A stretch of DNA of 248,000 nt, taken from positions 1,632,001 through 1,880,000 of the forward strand of contig JAMWBK010000008.1 in assembly GCA_029953675.1 (NCBI GenBank). The letters are read 5' to 3'. The position numbers and the translations under genes were made by a program. Under the pieces are notes generated by a model that had not been told where the DNA came from, did not search any database, and saw only the letters and a program-made list of their open reading frames with translations. This document shows positions 109,401 through 121,800 of this stretch, in pieces. Every line of letters starts with the position of its first letter. Positions within the stretch are counted from its first letter, which is position 1. The DNA is from Rhodosorus marinus CCMP1338 (taxonomy: Eukaryota; Plantae; Rhodophyta).

Positions 109401-109630
109401 TGGTACCTCTGGTCGTTGAGTGCTTTGGGTTTTTGGATTACGTTAGCTCCCTTCGGCTTCGGGAGTGTTCGGCGAACGCCCTGACCGTCTCTCCTCGTTG
109501 GTCACCCGTTTAAGTTTCTTGCTGTGGCGTATGAACGCTGCTACTATGATGTTGGAAGCGCGCGACCTTAGCCGCGAGTTGTCGTCTCTTTTCCCTCCAG
109601 GTTTTTGCTTTCAGTCTCCGATTAAACAGC
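106500..109630. mobile_element. Mixed CRE-like fragments (families B, C, D)
   Basis: LPLVIEILG; RVADLVVTCNDSRRTTYVDLA; family 3' ends. Confidence 0.6.
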
Positions 109631-110603
109631 TTCAAATTCAGCATAATTCTAGTCTTGTCCAGTTTCTTTGGGGCATAAAATCTAAAAGCGTCTAGATCTA
109701 CGGAGATAATATATCTTATCCGCTCTAAACAGGCTTTTGGAATTATTCTGGTAAACTTTTCCACATAGAAGGAGTATTCAAGGGTCAGTTGGCCTTAGAT
109801 ATAGTTTAAAAGGAATAAAAAGTAGGAAAAGTGGGGTTACATGGTTAAAATTCTGTGGCGGATAGCACACAGCATGGGAGTCAACCTCAACACCCCCAGG
109901 CCCACTTGGATCGGGAACTGTTCTATGATGATGTGCCAAGAAGGCAATACATCGTATACTCGAGTGAGTACACTCGTCCCACGGGATTCGTTCGTGAATC
110001 GGACAGAAGTTCTCAGGATCAGCAATGAACAATTGTGATTGGGGAACTATTACACCTACGCTTGGTGTGCTGCCCACGTCACATGCGGAGGTAGCCGTGT
110101 CTCAGAGGACAGAAGCTCTCAGGATCTTCAACGACGCAATTGTATTTTCGAGTTTCCGGGTGACAGCATGCAGCTTCGATCCTACGGTTGGTGTCCGACC
110201 CATGTCGCATGCGGAGGCAACTAGCCGAGTCACAGAGGGGGGTGGCGCTATGGAAATTCATTCAAGGAAACTAACACGGATGTACGGCAACAGGAATGAG
110301 CGTGTTCGTGGGGTGAGAGAGCCATTAAAAGCTTGAAACATCAGCCAGTTTATAAAGTTGAGCTCCGCTAGTCAGAAAATTAATCTAATCAGGGCCCCCG
110401 CCTCATTGAGAGCCATTAAAAACTCGAAACATCAGCCAATTTATAAAAGTTGAGCAAGTCACAAAAATTAATCTAATGAGGGGGGGGAACCTCAACGCGC
110501 GAGGGTGCCCATTATCCATGGCCTCGTGCAAACCGAACGTATACTTGCTAATCCCGTGACGCTTAGTCGCTGAGATTGGATCTGAGGGAACCACAGAAAG
110601 TAT

Positions 110604-112127
110604 CTAGAAATAGATTTTGTCTGCTCCTGGACCGCCGTTGATGATATCTCGACCACCACCTAGGGTAATCGTGTCGTCTCCATCCCCGCCAAAAATCGTG
110701 TCATCTCCAGAACCAGTGACGATCTTATCATCACCCTCACCTCCTTCAACCCTATTGTCCCCAACCCTGTCCGTTAGTTTGTCTTCACCGTCCCCGCCAT
110801 AGATTTTGTCATCTCCTTCGCCACCGAAGACATCATCATTTCCATCATCTGCGTAAATAACGTCATCTCCACCACCACCGTAAATCTCGTCCTTGCCCTC
110901 TCCACCCCTAACCCTGTCCACTCCATCTCCTCCTCTGATGTAGTCATTGCCGCTGCCACCGAACAGCTGATCGTAGGTATATCCTGTGTCCCGAACGTCA
111001 TCATCGCCCGCACCGCCTTGTGTGAGATCACGGCCACTTCCAGTTTCAATGATGTCATTACCATCGCCACCATAGTTTGTATTGTTTCCCTCTGAATCCT
111101 TGATCGTGTCATTTCCAGCACCCCCGAAGTTCTTATCGTGCCGTGCGCCACCATCCAAAAAGTCCTTACCACCACCACCATCTAGGGTATCATTATTACC
111201 CTCGCCGAAGAGGGAATCTGAACCGGATTCCCCAAATATCTGGTCCTGACCATCACCACCGTAAACAATGTCGTCTCCGGAACCGGCGTAGATCTTATCG
111301 TTTCCACCAAGGCCATAGATGAGATCGTTGCCGTTGGTCCCGAAGATAATATCATCGCCTTCGGTTCCGAAGATGATGTTGTCGATTCCCGGAGGAAGCG
111401 ATGGTTGTGGCTTTCGAGTCGGTGATGGTGACGGAGCCTGAGTCTCTTGCGGAGGGTCAGTAGGATTTGGATTATACGATGTTACAGTGGGAGTCGAGGT
111501 AGGTTCAGGATCGGGAGGATCCCGGCAGGCAAATGGAACCTGACAAAATAGTTCGTCGTCACCATATGTTCTACACTCTTTGCTGGAGGTGTAGAGCCAA
111601 ACCGTCGCTCCTGTAGGGCTTGACGCCTTCACCTGCACTGCAAGGCACGCTTTCGTATTGCAGCAGCTGTCAGCAGTCGACTCGATCTGATCTAAACAGA
111701 TGAGAATTCGATCTTTCGGGTCTGGATCGGTCCTTACATCCTTCACGATCGGATGGCGGGCACTGCCCGTGGGAAGATTGTTGTTGCAATTCTCGAAGAC
111801 CCCGGCATATATCTTCTTAATTTTTATGCCATCGTTAGTTTGGAAGTTCACCCGCATACAAGGACCACGACCAGAGACTTCCCTGTTAACAATGCAATAA
111901 GAGCCCAGCTTTACATTATTTTCATCTCTCAAACTCGAACACAAGGCGCGGAAGAATCCGTTATGCGCAGAACGGTAACCAGCCCTGCACGTCCCCGCAA
112001 CGCCTCTCGCTGCAGGAAGCAACTCAACATCCGTCGAATCCAGGCCTCTCTGTCCTACCCTGACACCTCCAATATCAGAAACGCCCAACACCAAAACCAC
112101 AACAAACGCAACACCCAACTTGCCCAT
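110604..112127 (-). CDS. Secreted Cys-rich module + PT linker + RTX-type nonapeptide repeats
   Basis: Signal peptide; many GGxGxDxI repeats; paralog of 88521. Confidence 0.88.
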   Translation of the reverse strand: MGKLGVAFVVVLVLGVSDIGGVRVGQRGLDSTDVELLPAARGVAGTCRAGYRSAHNGFFRALCSSLRDENNVKLGSYCIVNREVSGRGPCMRVNFQTNDGIKIKKIYAGVFENCNNNLPTGSARHPIVKDVRTDPDPKDRILICLDQIESTADSCCNTKACLAVQVKASSPTGATVWLYTSSKECRTYGDDELFCQVPFACRDPPDPEPTSTPTVTSYNPNPTDPPQETQAPSPSPTRKPQPSLPPGIDNIIFGTEGDDIIFGTNGNDLIYGLGGNDKIYAGSGDDIVYGGDGQDQIFGESGSDSLFGEGNNDTLDGGGGKDFLDGGARHDKNFGGAGNDTIKDSEGNNTNYGGDGNDIIETGSGRDLTQGGAGDDDVRDTGYTYDQLFGGSGNDYIRGGDGVDRVRGGEGKDEIYGGGGDDVIYADDGNDDVFGGEGDDKIYGGDGEDKLTDRVGDNRVEGGEGDDKIVTGSGDDTIFGGDGDDTITLGGGRDIINGGPGADKIYF

Positions 112128-115100
112128 TTTTTTTCCTGCTCTCCAACCCCCACCCCGTTCAGTTTACCGAAAACAAAGGCTACACCAAGTCCAAGCTAAT
112201 CAATCCTCCTTCCCCATAGACCTCGATCCACTTCATAAACAACCCAAAAAAAGGATGACATGCTCTGCTTCCTTCAGAACAAAAAAAAAAAAACAGAATG
112301 GGACCAATCGCGTTTTTTCCAACAACCTACACCAACCTCCCCTCTCCCTCCTCTCCCTCCTCCCCACCCCACCACTTCCCAATGATATGCCCTTTCAGCC
112401 TACCAGAAACAAAAACCAGACAATTCATCTAGCCGTTCATCCTCCTAATAGAGTGCGAGACACACACACACAACACATACACACACTCATTCACGCTCAG
112501 TCACACTCACGGACACTCTCACAAGTACAAAACATCCATATCACACACCCCCATAATTCAGCTCCTAAATCCTCACTTGCCAACTCTCAATCCCTCAAAA
112601 AAATTACACCAAAAAAAACCGGTGCGAACTTACAAAATTTCCATCCCCCCCTAAAAAAAAACTCACCAGACACACACCTCGAAAACCAGCTGCCTGAGCG
112701 CCCAGGCACTTTCAATGTCCACGTAGTTGTTTCCGTCCCATGATCACTAATGCCGTTAAAAATCCTTTTTTTTAAAACTCGATCATGTATATCATATATA
112801 AAACAAGTTTTGGTTTGGAAAATATTCATAAAATCAATATGACCTTTCTTTCGAAAGGAAAACGCGGGCTTTTTTGCTTTGGTAGTTGTTTTTTTTCATA
112901 GATTAGAATGGGGTTGTATGGAAAGTTCGGTGTCATCCGTTGATGGAATTAGTCTAATCTTTGTCTTTCTCTTTTTCCCGTTTGAGAAAAGAAAATTTTT
113001 TTTCGGTACGTATTTATTTTTTTGGCATTGTGATGATGATTATGGCGGCGAACACCAAAACAAGAAAATATAGGGTGGTTGGATTTCTTTCCGACGACCC
113101 ACCCCCTTTTTCCTTTTTTTTCCAACTCTTTAAATGGTTGCGAACAACGATTGTATTAAATAGTCTCCAGAATACACATTCTAGATAAGGCCGGGTATAA
113201 TTTAGGGGGAACAAGGGGAGGAGGGTGGAGGGGGGTAAAATCAGATGATCCCACCCTCCTCCCCTTTTTCCTTTTAAATTATACGCGGGGACACACACAC
113301 ACTCATGCAACACTCACACAAAAGTCGACTCTGCTTAGCAAAATGTCTTGAAATATTAGAACAAGTTTAATAATTCAGCTTGCAGTAGGAAAGGACAGGA
113401 AAGGACTCTTTTTTGTTGCCTTTGTACCATTTTTGGGGGGAAAAAATGGAATAGAGCGAGGATTGTATCCTCGGGCAACGAGATTTAGAAAAACGTAATA
113501 AAAACGAATACGAATCAGATGTAAAAATGCACGAAAAAAATACCTTATATACTGAAGTAGTTCAGTTGCATGACAAACATCGAAAAAAAAAATGATAAAT
113601 CCGCCGAGCATGAATATGAGTACTAATTTCAAGTATTCTGTTGTTTCCGTTGTTTTTGCTTGACAACTATTGGTTGACAATGGATCTCCGCATCTGCCAT
113701 TCTTTTTTGTTGTATTAATGCTCACACATTTTTTTGGATCCCAGTATATGATCTTTTTCTTTTCGAAATAGAGAGTATTTCTTCCTGTTTTCTACGTACA
113801 TCAAATGGTATTTTTTTTTCCTTCTATGTGGAACAACCTGGCTGGGAATCGTTGTGGGTCAGGATTGGGCCCAGCCGACTTTGTGACGCTGTCTAGAGGA
113901 CGTCAGCTGACGCTTTGCATTCTAACGAGGCTTTCTTGTGCTCGGAATATTTCTCCATCTGTTTTGAGGGCGGAAGATTTGGTTGCACGTTGATGTATCG
114001 GCTATCAGCGGGGTTTTGCTTTTGAGCGCTGTTGGTTGACTACAACCCGGCAAGCAAGATCGACATCCACCCACGAAAAACGGACGATAAACACTAGATG
114101 CGGAACCCCGCCCCGCTCGTTGAAACAAGTCGATTTGCCAGAATTACAACAAGCGCCGAGCGAAAAGCTCACCACCTAGTTTGTAAACTTTGGTTCAAGG
114201 CCAGCTCTCTCCACTTTCATCAAGCCTCTCACTGCACAAGGGGCTGTGTTGTTTTCTTGTTCCATATCATCATCACTCTTTGGAAGCGATTCTGTGGCCG
114301 TGCATATTGGTGCAAGCAGTAATTGAAATCCTGTTTTCGCAATGTGGGAAAATGCCGAGTCGCAATTTTACCATCTGGCGCATTCGTTTCTAGAACGTTG
114401 CTACCGGGAGAAAGAAGAGGACGGTCCCAAACAGAAAGCATGGCAAGAAAAAAAGAGGGTAAATCGCGGCAAATAGGCCGACGCTTTGCGTTGAAACGCG
114501 GCGCTCTTTGACCAAACTAACTACATCTACCAAAGCGCTCCAGAAAAAGTAGTTGTAAGACTTGCTCTAGAACCGGATACTCCGAAAGACTCTTGATCCT
114601 AAGCCAGTAGTTGGCCGAGGAGAGGAGATGTAGAAAAAACAACTAAACCACAACGCTATTTTCCTTTTTGTTTGTTTTGAAGAAGGGAGAGCATCGATTT
114701 TTTTTTTTTTCATAGGCTCTTACGATGCCGCTCGGCTCCAGCTCGTGGGAAAGGAGAGACTACTCCAGCCACAACTGACTTGTGGCATGAGGGACCGTTT
114801 CACTTTTAGGTTTCTGGCGGCAGGATGGTTTGCTCCTCTTTTTTTTTTCTATAACATTTTTTTCACGTATCTGAACACGAGAGAGTGGTTCCTTGGCCCG
114901 TTAAAACTGGCCCGATAAAAAGTGGATGATCTATTTATCAATTTCGCTTTTTTAGGATGAGCAAACTTTCAGAGAAATCCGCCATTTTCATGCCGTGAAA
115001 ATCTACGCCTTGGTCGAGCTCAGAAAATACTTAGACTTAGGAACTATCTATTCTGCTTTTCCAGTACTAAGCCCTGCTAGAGCCGCAAAATTGCGCCAGT

Positions 115101-116379
115101 TAAATATTTAGTACCGATTGGATAGATAGCAAAGTCATTGGTCGAGCAGTTCCGGAGGGCTAGTTCTGTCGTGGGGTTTTTCTTCCAAAACATGGATCTG
115201 GGTCCGTGTCGTCGGCTTACAACTAACAAAACTGGCCTTTTTCGCCCATCGCGAAACCATTTTTTCTTCCTATTTTCCTTAAACTAGAGAAAAATCGTGT
115301 TTAATTTGTTGTGAAGATGCCTAAATTTCTAAACACAGGTTTGCCGCTCCCTGTCAATGACAGTTTTATCAGCGATCTCAGCTCACACAGCAGTGGAGTA
115401 CGTGCCCAGCAGTGATTCATCATCGCCTACTCCTGAACATGAAAAATAAAAAAAAGCAAAAAATTATACTAGTGGTAATATTCAAGAATAATCTCAAAGA
115501 AAGAAAAAGAGAAAAGTACTGGGTTGTGAATATTCTTAGAATTCCCGACGAACTCTCTCTTTCTTTCTTTTTTTCATTTTGTTGCTATTTTTTCCTTTTA
115601 TTTCTGTAACACTACGTTCAGAAGCCGCTTTAAGCGTAGGTAATATTTATCAAAACATGGAAAAATAATGAGCACTCGCTGTCGAGTTCGTTCCATGACA
115701 AAAGGCTTAGGAGAACGACTCCAAAAATGGAGGCCTTCCATCATGAGATTGTTCCTACGAGCCTGACGAAACTATACCAGTGAGAAGCGAGAAATAAGAC
115801 GCTGATGACGTATGTCCCAACAGTAAAGTGCTAGCGTTGGAACGGCAGAGTGTGGGACCCGCCTCGCCACCTTCGGTGCCTTGTGAAAACTGCTTACTTT
115901 TCAATAAGCCCTTTTTGAGAGTCGTATGAGCAGATTAGACACTCAACGATACCCAAGATGGCAAACACCAATTTGTCCCGTTGGAACGGAAAAAGCGGGA
116001 CAAAAAAACTCAAAACGTACTATCGCAGAATTATCCTCAGCCAGCCAATCATTCCAAAGGTTAGACTTTCATGTCCCGAAAACAAGAACATGTTTTCAAC
116101 TTTGACAAATCCAGGAGACATTGCTGGGTGACGTTGATATTGGTCAGCTGGCTGGGAGTCCCAACAGACTACTACTCCTATTCTCCAAGTTGCTATTGTC
116201 TAATTGCTGATCGAAAAGGCACATACGTTCAGTTTTATCTTGTTTTGAGGTTTGTAAAGGCGGCGTGAATTTGTACACTAAGCTGATTAAGCAAAGGGGA
116301 GGGTGGATTTCTATGCGAAGCGTCACTATCCTCGTCCTTAGGGGGCCGATTGGAATGATGGTGGATGTTTCCACGGACC

Positions 116380-117920
116380 GGATTTCTGCTTTTGGCCGCG
116401 CCTGCTATTCCGTAGGCTCCCTCCCAACTGAGGAATTAGTTCCGTTTACTTTTGTATCGGACTTCGTTACGCTCGGATAGGGGTGATCTCACGCCGTTTT
116501 CATACAGTTACTGATGATATCCTCCATATCATGTCCGCAGAGTACTCCTCCTGGCATCGAAGAAAAAGTTATAGGCCGGCACTACCTTCCCCCACGTGAT
116601 GCGCCTGGTAGTATGCAGGCTAGTCTCGTCCTTGGGGCGCAATTGGAATGATGGTCCATGTTTCCCCGGACTGGATTTCTGCTTGCGTCTGCTATTACTT
116701 AGGCTCCCAACTGAGGAATTCATTCCGTTTACTTCTGTAACGCACTGCGTTACGCTCGCATAGGGGTGACCTCACAGCCTTTTTTATAGAGTCACTGATG
116801 ATATCCAAGGCCATGCCCGCAGAGTGCTCACCCTGGCATGATCGAAGACTAGCTATATTCCGGCAATGTCTTCCCCACGGGATGTGGGCTGCCTTTCGCA
116901 GATTCCCAACTGAAGAATTGCGTTTACTTCTGTAACAAACTGGGTTGTGCTCGGATAAGGGTGACCTCATGCCATCATAATAGATTCAATGATGATATCC
117001 TAGGCCATGTCAGTGCATCCACCTGCCATGATCATAGACTAAGTATATCCCGACAATGTCTTCACCACGCGACTTCTGCTTGCGCCCGCTGTTGCGCGGG
117101 CTCTCCATCTGTCCAGTTCCGTTTACTCCTGTAATGGACTGCGCATTCTCGGACAGGCGCGACCTCATGTCGTTTTTCATAGAGTCAATGGTGACCTAGG
117201 CCGTGTCTGCAGAGTGCTCCCCCTGACATGATCGAATGCGACTGGATCCCGACAATTGATTGTAGATTCGGGTATTGGAGCGGTACCAAGTTGTTAGTGC
117301 AACTCCCTACTCTATTAGACGTCTCGGTTTGTTTTTAACCATCATCGGTTTAGATCCGAGCCCAAGTTCCCCGAATGAGGTACTCTAGGAAGGCGTGCTG
117401 ATTGCCCCTCTGGACCGTCAGCCCGTGACGGTCCCTACTCACCGTCGAACCCACATTGTGAGTAATCCTTTCATTGCTGTCTAGCAAGTTGGCCTTTTTT
117501 GTGATTGCGGCTTTGAACCAGTAGCGATGGGATCAAATACACCATGCAGATTGAGTCTTATCTGATCTCATTGTGCAAGTTCTGTTTTCGGTCCTCCCCC
117601 CCTGTCGATTTGCTGGACGAATACTTTCGAAATCCTTGTCCTTTGCGGAGGAGCCAAACTCCCGAGTGGGGTTGCGGCTTCTGGAGAGTAGGGAAAGAGC
117701 CATTCATCTCCCCCTCGAGGCGCAACCGGAATACTTGTGAGTGTTTCCACGAAATTTCTGCTTTTGCTTGCCGTCAGGCAGGTTCCCAACTGAGGAATTC
117801 CGTTTCCTCCTGTACCGGGCTGCTGGATGCTTGGAGAGCACTCCATGCCGTTTTCACTGAGTCAACAATGATATCCTAGGTCATGTCCGGAGCGTGCCCC
117901 GGCTAACATGATCTAAAAAA
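116380..117920. repeat. Degenerate tandem repeat, ~180-190-bp unit, about 5 copies
   Basis: Recurrent TCCGTTTACTTCTGTAAC...GGTGACCTCA...GATGATATCC...GGCCATG blocks. Confidence 0.7.
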
Positions 117921-117929
117921 AGATAACGG

Positions 117930-120900
117930 GAGGCTCTAATTCGGTTGTTCAGCGGAATTACGGCGGAGCCTGAAGAACCCATGAGCGTAAATGAAGCTAT
118001 GGAGAGTGGTCTTGCCCCCGAATGGCGAGAAGCCATGGATGAAGAAGTGAAATCACTATTGTCCCTCATCGGTCAGGCCCGTGCTTCATCGGATTTAATT
118101 CCTTATCCGTTAATCGCGCTTCTTCAGCAGTCTTTTCTGAGCCTATCTCGTCCAGGAACTCATCGTCCTCGTTTTATTCCTCGTGATGGGTCAAATGTTC
118201 CACTACAGCATCGGTGATAGGACTCCTTTGAAGACCTTTACATCGGAACACCTTGGGGTTGATCTTCGCATCCCTCATATATGTAATTTCCCCAGTCTCA
118301 ACCTGAACATCGTAATTGCCGCATGCTCCAAGCCCTCTTCACAATCATTCGCAAAGCGCCTCTGCAACTGTGCTTGTGCACCCAAATGCTTCACGTAATC
118401 ACTGGTCTGCTCCAAAAGATGCATAACGAGATCGCTCTTCATCTCCTCGAGGTATTTCATATACTCTTCCTCATCATTCTCCTTGAGAGCCTTGAACGGG
118501 TCCTGCTCGAGTACTTTTCCGTTTGGAATTCCTGGCGCATCTCCTTTTTGGCTACCGCGTCGATGCCAGTTGAAGCTGCCTTCACAACTTCCTCTCGCTT
118601 TCCGCGCTACTCCGGCGTTTCACCGGTTTCATGTTTCCGTACGTTCGCACGTTTACACCGGCGGAGATCCGTCCGGTTCTTGAGGAGCTACACCGCGAGT
118701 TGGGATGCATTCGACCATAGCTTTGAGTTTCCGATCGAGAACGATTGATTTTCGTCTTGCTGCAGGCATTTTAATCAGCTTTGGGTGATTATCCACGTTC
118801 GATAATTGCTCAGTACTGTCTCAAGAACCCATTACTCACGTGCCTTTACGACCTCGACGTTTTTTTCAGGTTACGCAAAACATCGCCGTCAAGAATTTCC
118901 GCCAAATCTCCAATCTGGCGTAGCCACGGGCTCTCGCAGCAACGTTGAGATGGTTCGTTTTGACCAAAATTCGTCCATAGGCCCTTCAATCAGCCTGAGG
119001 TTCTCTTTGCGCTTTCTCTTGCACTTTTCCCTTCAGAACGAGGTATTTCTTAGTGACTCTGCCCAAGTTCAAGCTGGCCTGAATCCGATTGTTTTGCCAA
119101 CTAGTCCAACATTAAACAGTACTTCTTCACGTACTGACACATTCCGCCCTTGTCTGTTGTGCATCTGGTACATATCCTGGGGTTCAAAACGTCTCCGTCA
119201 GCACGCGCACAGCCTCAACGCCATCAACGACGACACGCCCGCAAGACTTAATGGTAAGCAATTTTCATCAGCCTTCTTCAGCTGCTGAAATACCTACAGA
119301 GTTTGCTGTAAAAGTCCACGTTCTCCCGCTCGTTTGAATCATCGGCAACATAAGCCCGGAGAATCTTATCAAAAGTTTCCAGTCAGTCCGTAGGCGTAGT
119401 CACGACCATAGTTCCAAGAAGATTGGCTCCGCCCTCAGTTGCGCGAACAATATCTACCAAAGTGTCCGGTAAACTACGATAGAGATTCGATCAAGTCCTA
119501 TTTCGCAAAGTACACCATTCTCAGTTTTCCGACTTCAACTTCTCCACGTTGCTGCAATACTTGTTGCTGTACTTTATGTCTCTGGAGTTGCGACGCGGCA
119601 CCATCGTCATCATGACGGCTACTAAGCTCTCCTTTTCATCGTCCAAGTAATAGCTGTTCAGTCTGTTGAAAAACCAAATCAGTCAATATTGTAAATGATT
119701 GACTTTATGGCTTCAGTCAGCACCGGAGTGGTGGTCGTTGAGCTGGTCGGGGGTGGTTTTCACTGTCACCGGGATGTACTGGGGTTACGTTAGGGGGGAA
119801 ACATAGTCCATGTTCTCCGCCTAGTACAATCATTGTCTCCTTCCTCCCGGTGGTCTTTGAGGCCTTGCTTCACGCGAGTTCGTGGACTCTATGGGTCCAG
119901 TTGACTGCTAGCATCATGATCAATTGCGCACTTCAAACCTCTGCTTCCTGTTCTTCGCCTTGTTACAAGCAGGTAGACAAGACTTTCCTTTGCCAAGGAC
120001 TTCCTCCAACTCTTAACCTTCTGTACCACCCAGTCGCGTCCTCCTTCAGTATCTCTCGTCAAAACCTTCCAATCTCCAACGGGATAATTCAAAGCAGCTT
120101 AAGCTGTTTACAGCATGAGCTGGGCTCATAATCTTTTGGATTGTCTGTTTATTCATCTGAGTGTAACACTTTATCAACGTCATCCAGAGGACTTCATCTT
120201 CATCTCTCACTCGTTGACAGAACAACAACGCGAGTTCAATCCTGCCCTAAGTAGTCCCGAAGCCATGCCTCGTCTGAACTCTCAATGACCCCAAAGATCT
120301 TGATAGCAGACAGATCGGTCTAATCGGACGCTAACGTCCCTGAACGAGGTAAGCTAGAAAGATACGGTTATCTAGTCTGACCTTCCAACTAGGCTAGGGA
120401 CGCAATTCAGCACAGGCCATCACCCGAGGTGCGCCCTATCGGGTTGGGCCACGACACCAAGACTGCGCGTCGGTTTGTCCGTACGACCCTTGGTGATTGC
120501 CTCCGTGAAGAAATCGGGAATCATTTCATCCGTGCCGAGATATCTGAGTTGCGCTTCACCCGATACGTGACGCAACATCCTGCAGTGTCCAGTAGTCGCC
120601 CAACCTAGGCACGAATCACTATCAGTAAATGGGACTTTTTGGACGCAAGTTTGGCGGGTGATGAGGAAACCAGGAAGAGCACCTCGTGACCGTTGGTGAT
120701 GATCGGTGGATCAGTAAACCTTGTTTCGAGGGCCAACAACCCCGAGAAGGGAGCACTGCACTCGACGAAAGCAACGAGCCTCAAGGATAAGGGCGGCTGA
120801 ACGCCGCCACAGGGCTAGACTAAGCAGAAATTGGAAACGCGTGCAGAGATCAAGTTGATTCCCAAAGCGCGCACGGAACAGGAGAACTCCTGCACCGTCC

Positions 120901-121800
120901 ATGAACCAAAAGACTTCAACAAAAACCGGGACGCGAGTGACTTATCGTTCATGGAGACAACGATCTGCTGCTCAGTCAACCGCGGAAGCCGAATACCAAA
121001 GCACTGGGTGCTAACCCAAAGATGGATTCGAGAGTTTATAGAAGGTTTTTGGGGTAGTTCTTGGCTTAGTTGATCCATCGTTTTAATCGGAGGCTAAGAT
121101 CCCTGAATGAGGTACTCTAGGAAGGGCGTAGGGGGCGAGCCTCCAAAACTAGGGCAGCATTACAGCGCCAGAGGGTCAAACTTAAAGTAGCCAGTCGGGT
121201 GGGAGCATCAGGGCATTCCCGCAACCAAGCACCCCCAGCGCTATCTAAGAATCCAAAGATCTCTCTAACAAAATGGGACAAACCGATAAGCAGCGCAGAA
121301 TGCAAAGCCTCATCGTTGGAAAGCGCCTCCGGCGATGGATCAGTGCACGGATTCAAGCCACGGCTCGTAGAGGTTTTGCGCTGGAGCAAGGAATGGACTT
121401 TGAGCAAATCTTCCCCCCTACGGTGGATTTCTCCAGCGTGAGGTTAACTATTGACAATACTGGCGAGAAAATATGGAGCTGGTACAGATTGAATGTTACA
121501 CAACCGCGAACCCGGAACGCGGAGTTGCGTAGGGAGCTCTCAACGAGACCAAAGAAAAAATTGGAAAATCTGGATCTACGGAGAGGACGTATTTTATCTG
121601 TTCTGAAGGGTATTCTTGCAATATTATGGTAAATATCTGTACATAAAAGGAGTATTTTAGGCTCGACAGGCCTTAAATACAGCATAATAGAAGTAAAAAG
121701 TATAAAATTCTCGAACGGTTCCACAACATTCAAGTTCCCGGCCCTTGTTGAACTACTAAGCAAAGACGCAAAGGGCATAGTTTCCTTATTACAAGTACGA
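117930..121800. mobile_element. Ty1/copia remnants in both orientations with CRE family D fragments
   Basis: EPMSVNEAM..WREAMDEEV; PBS-like GATTATGAGCCCAG (minus strand, ~120120); ARLV.RGF..EQGMDFEQIF RT on the plus strand. Confidence 0.65.
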
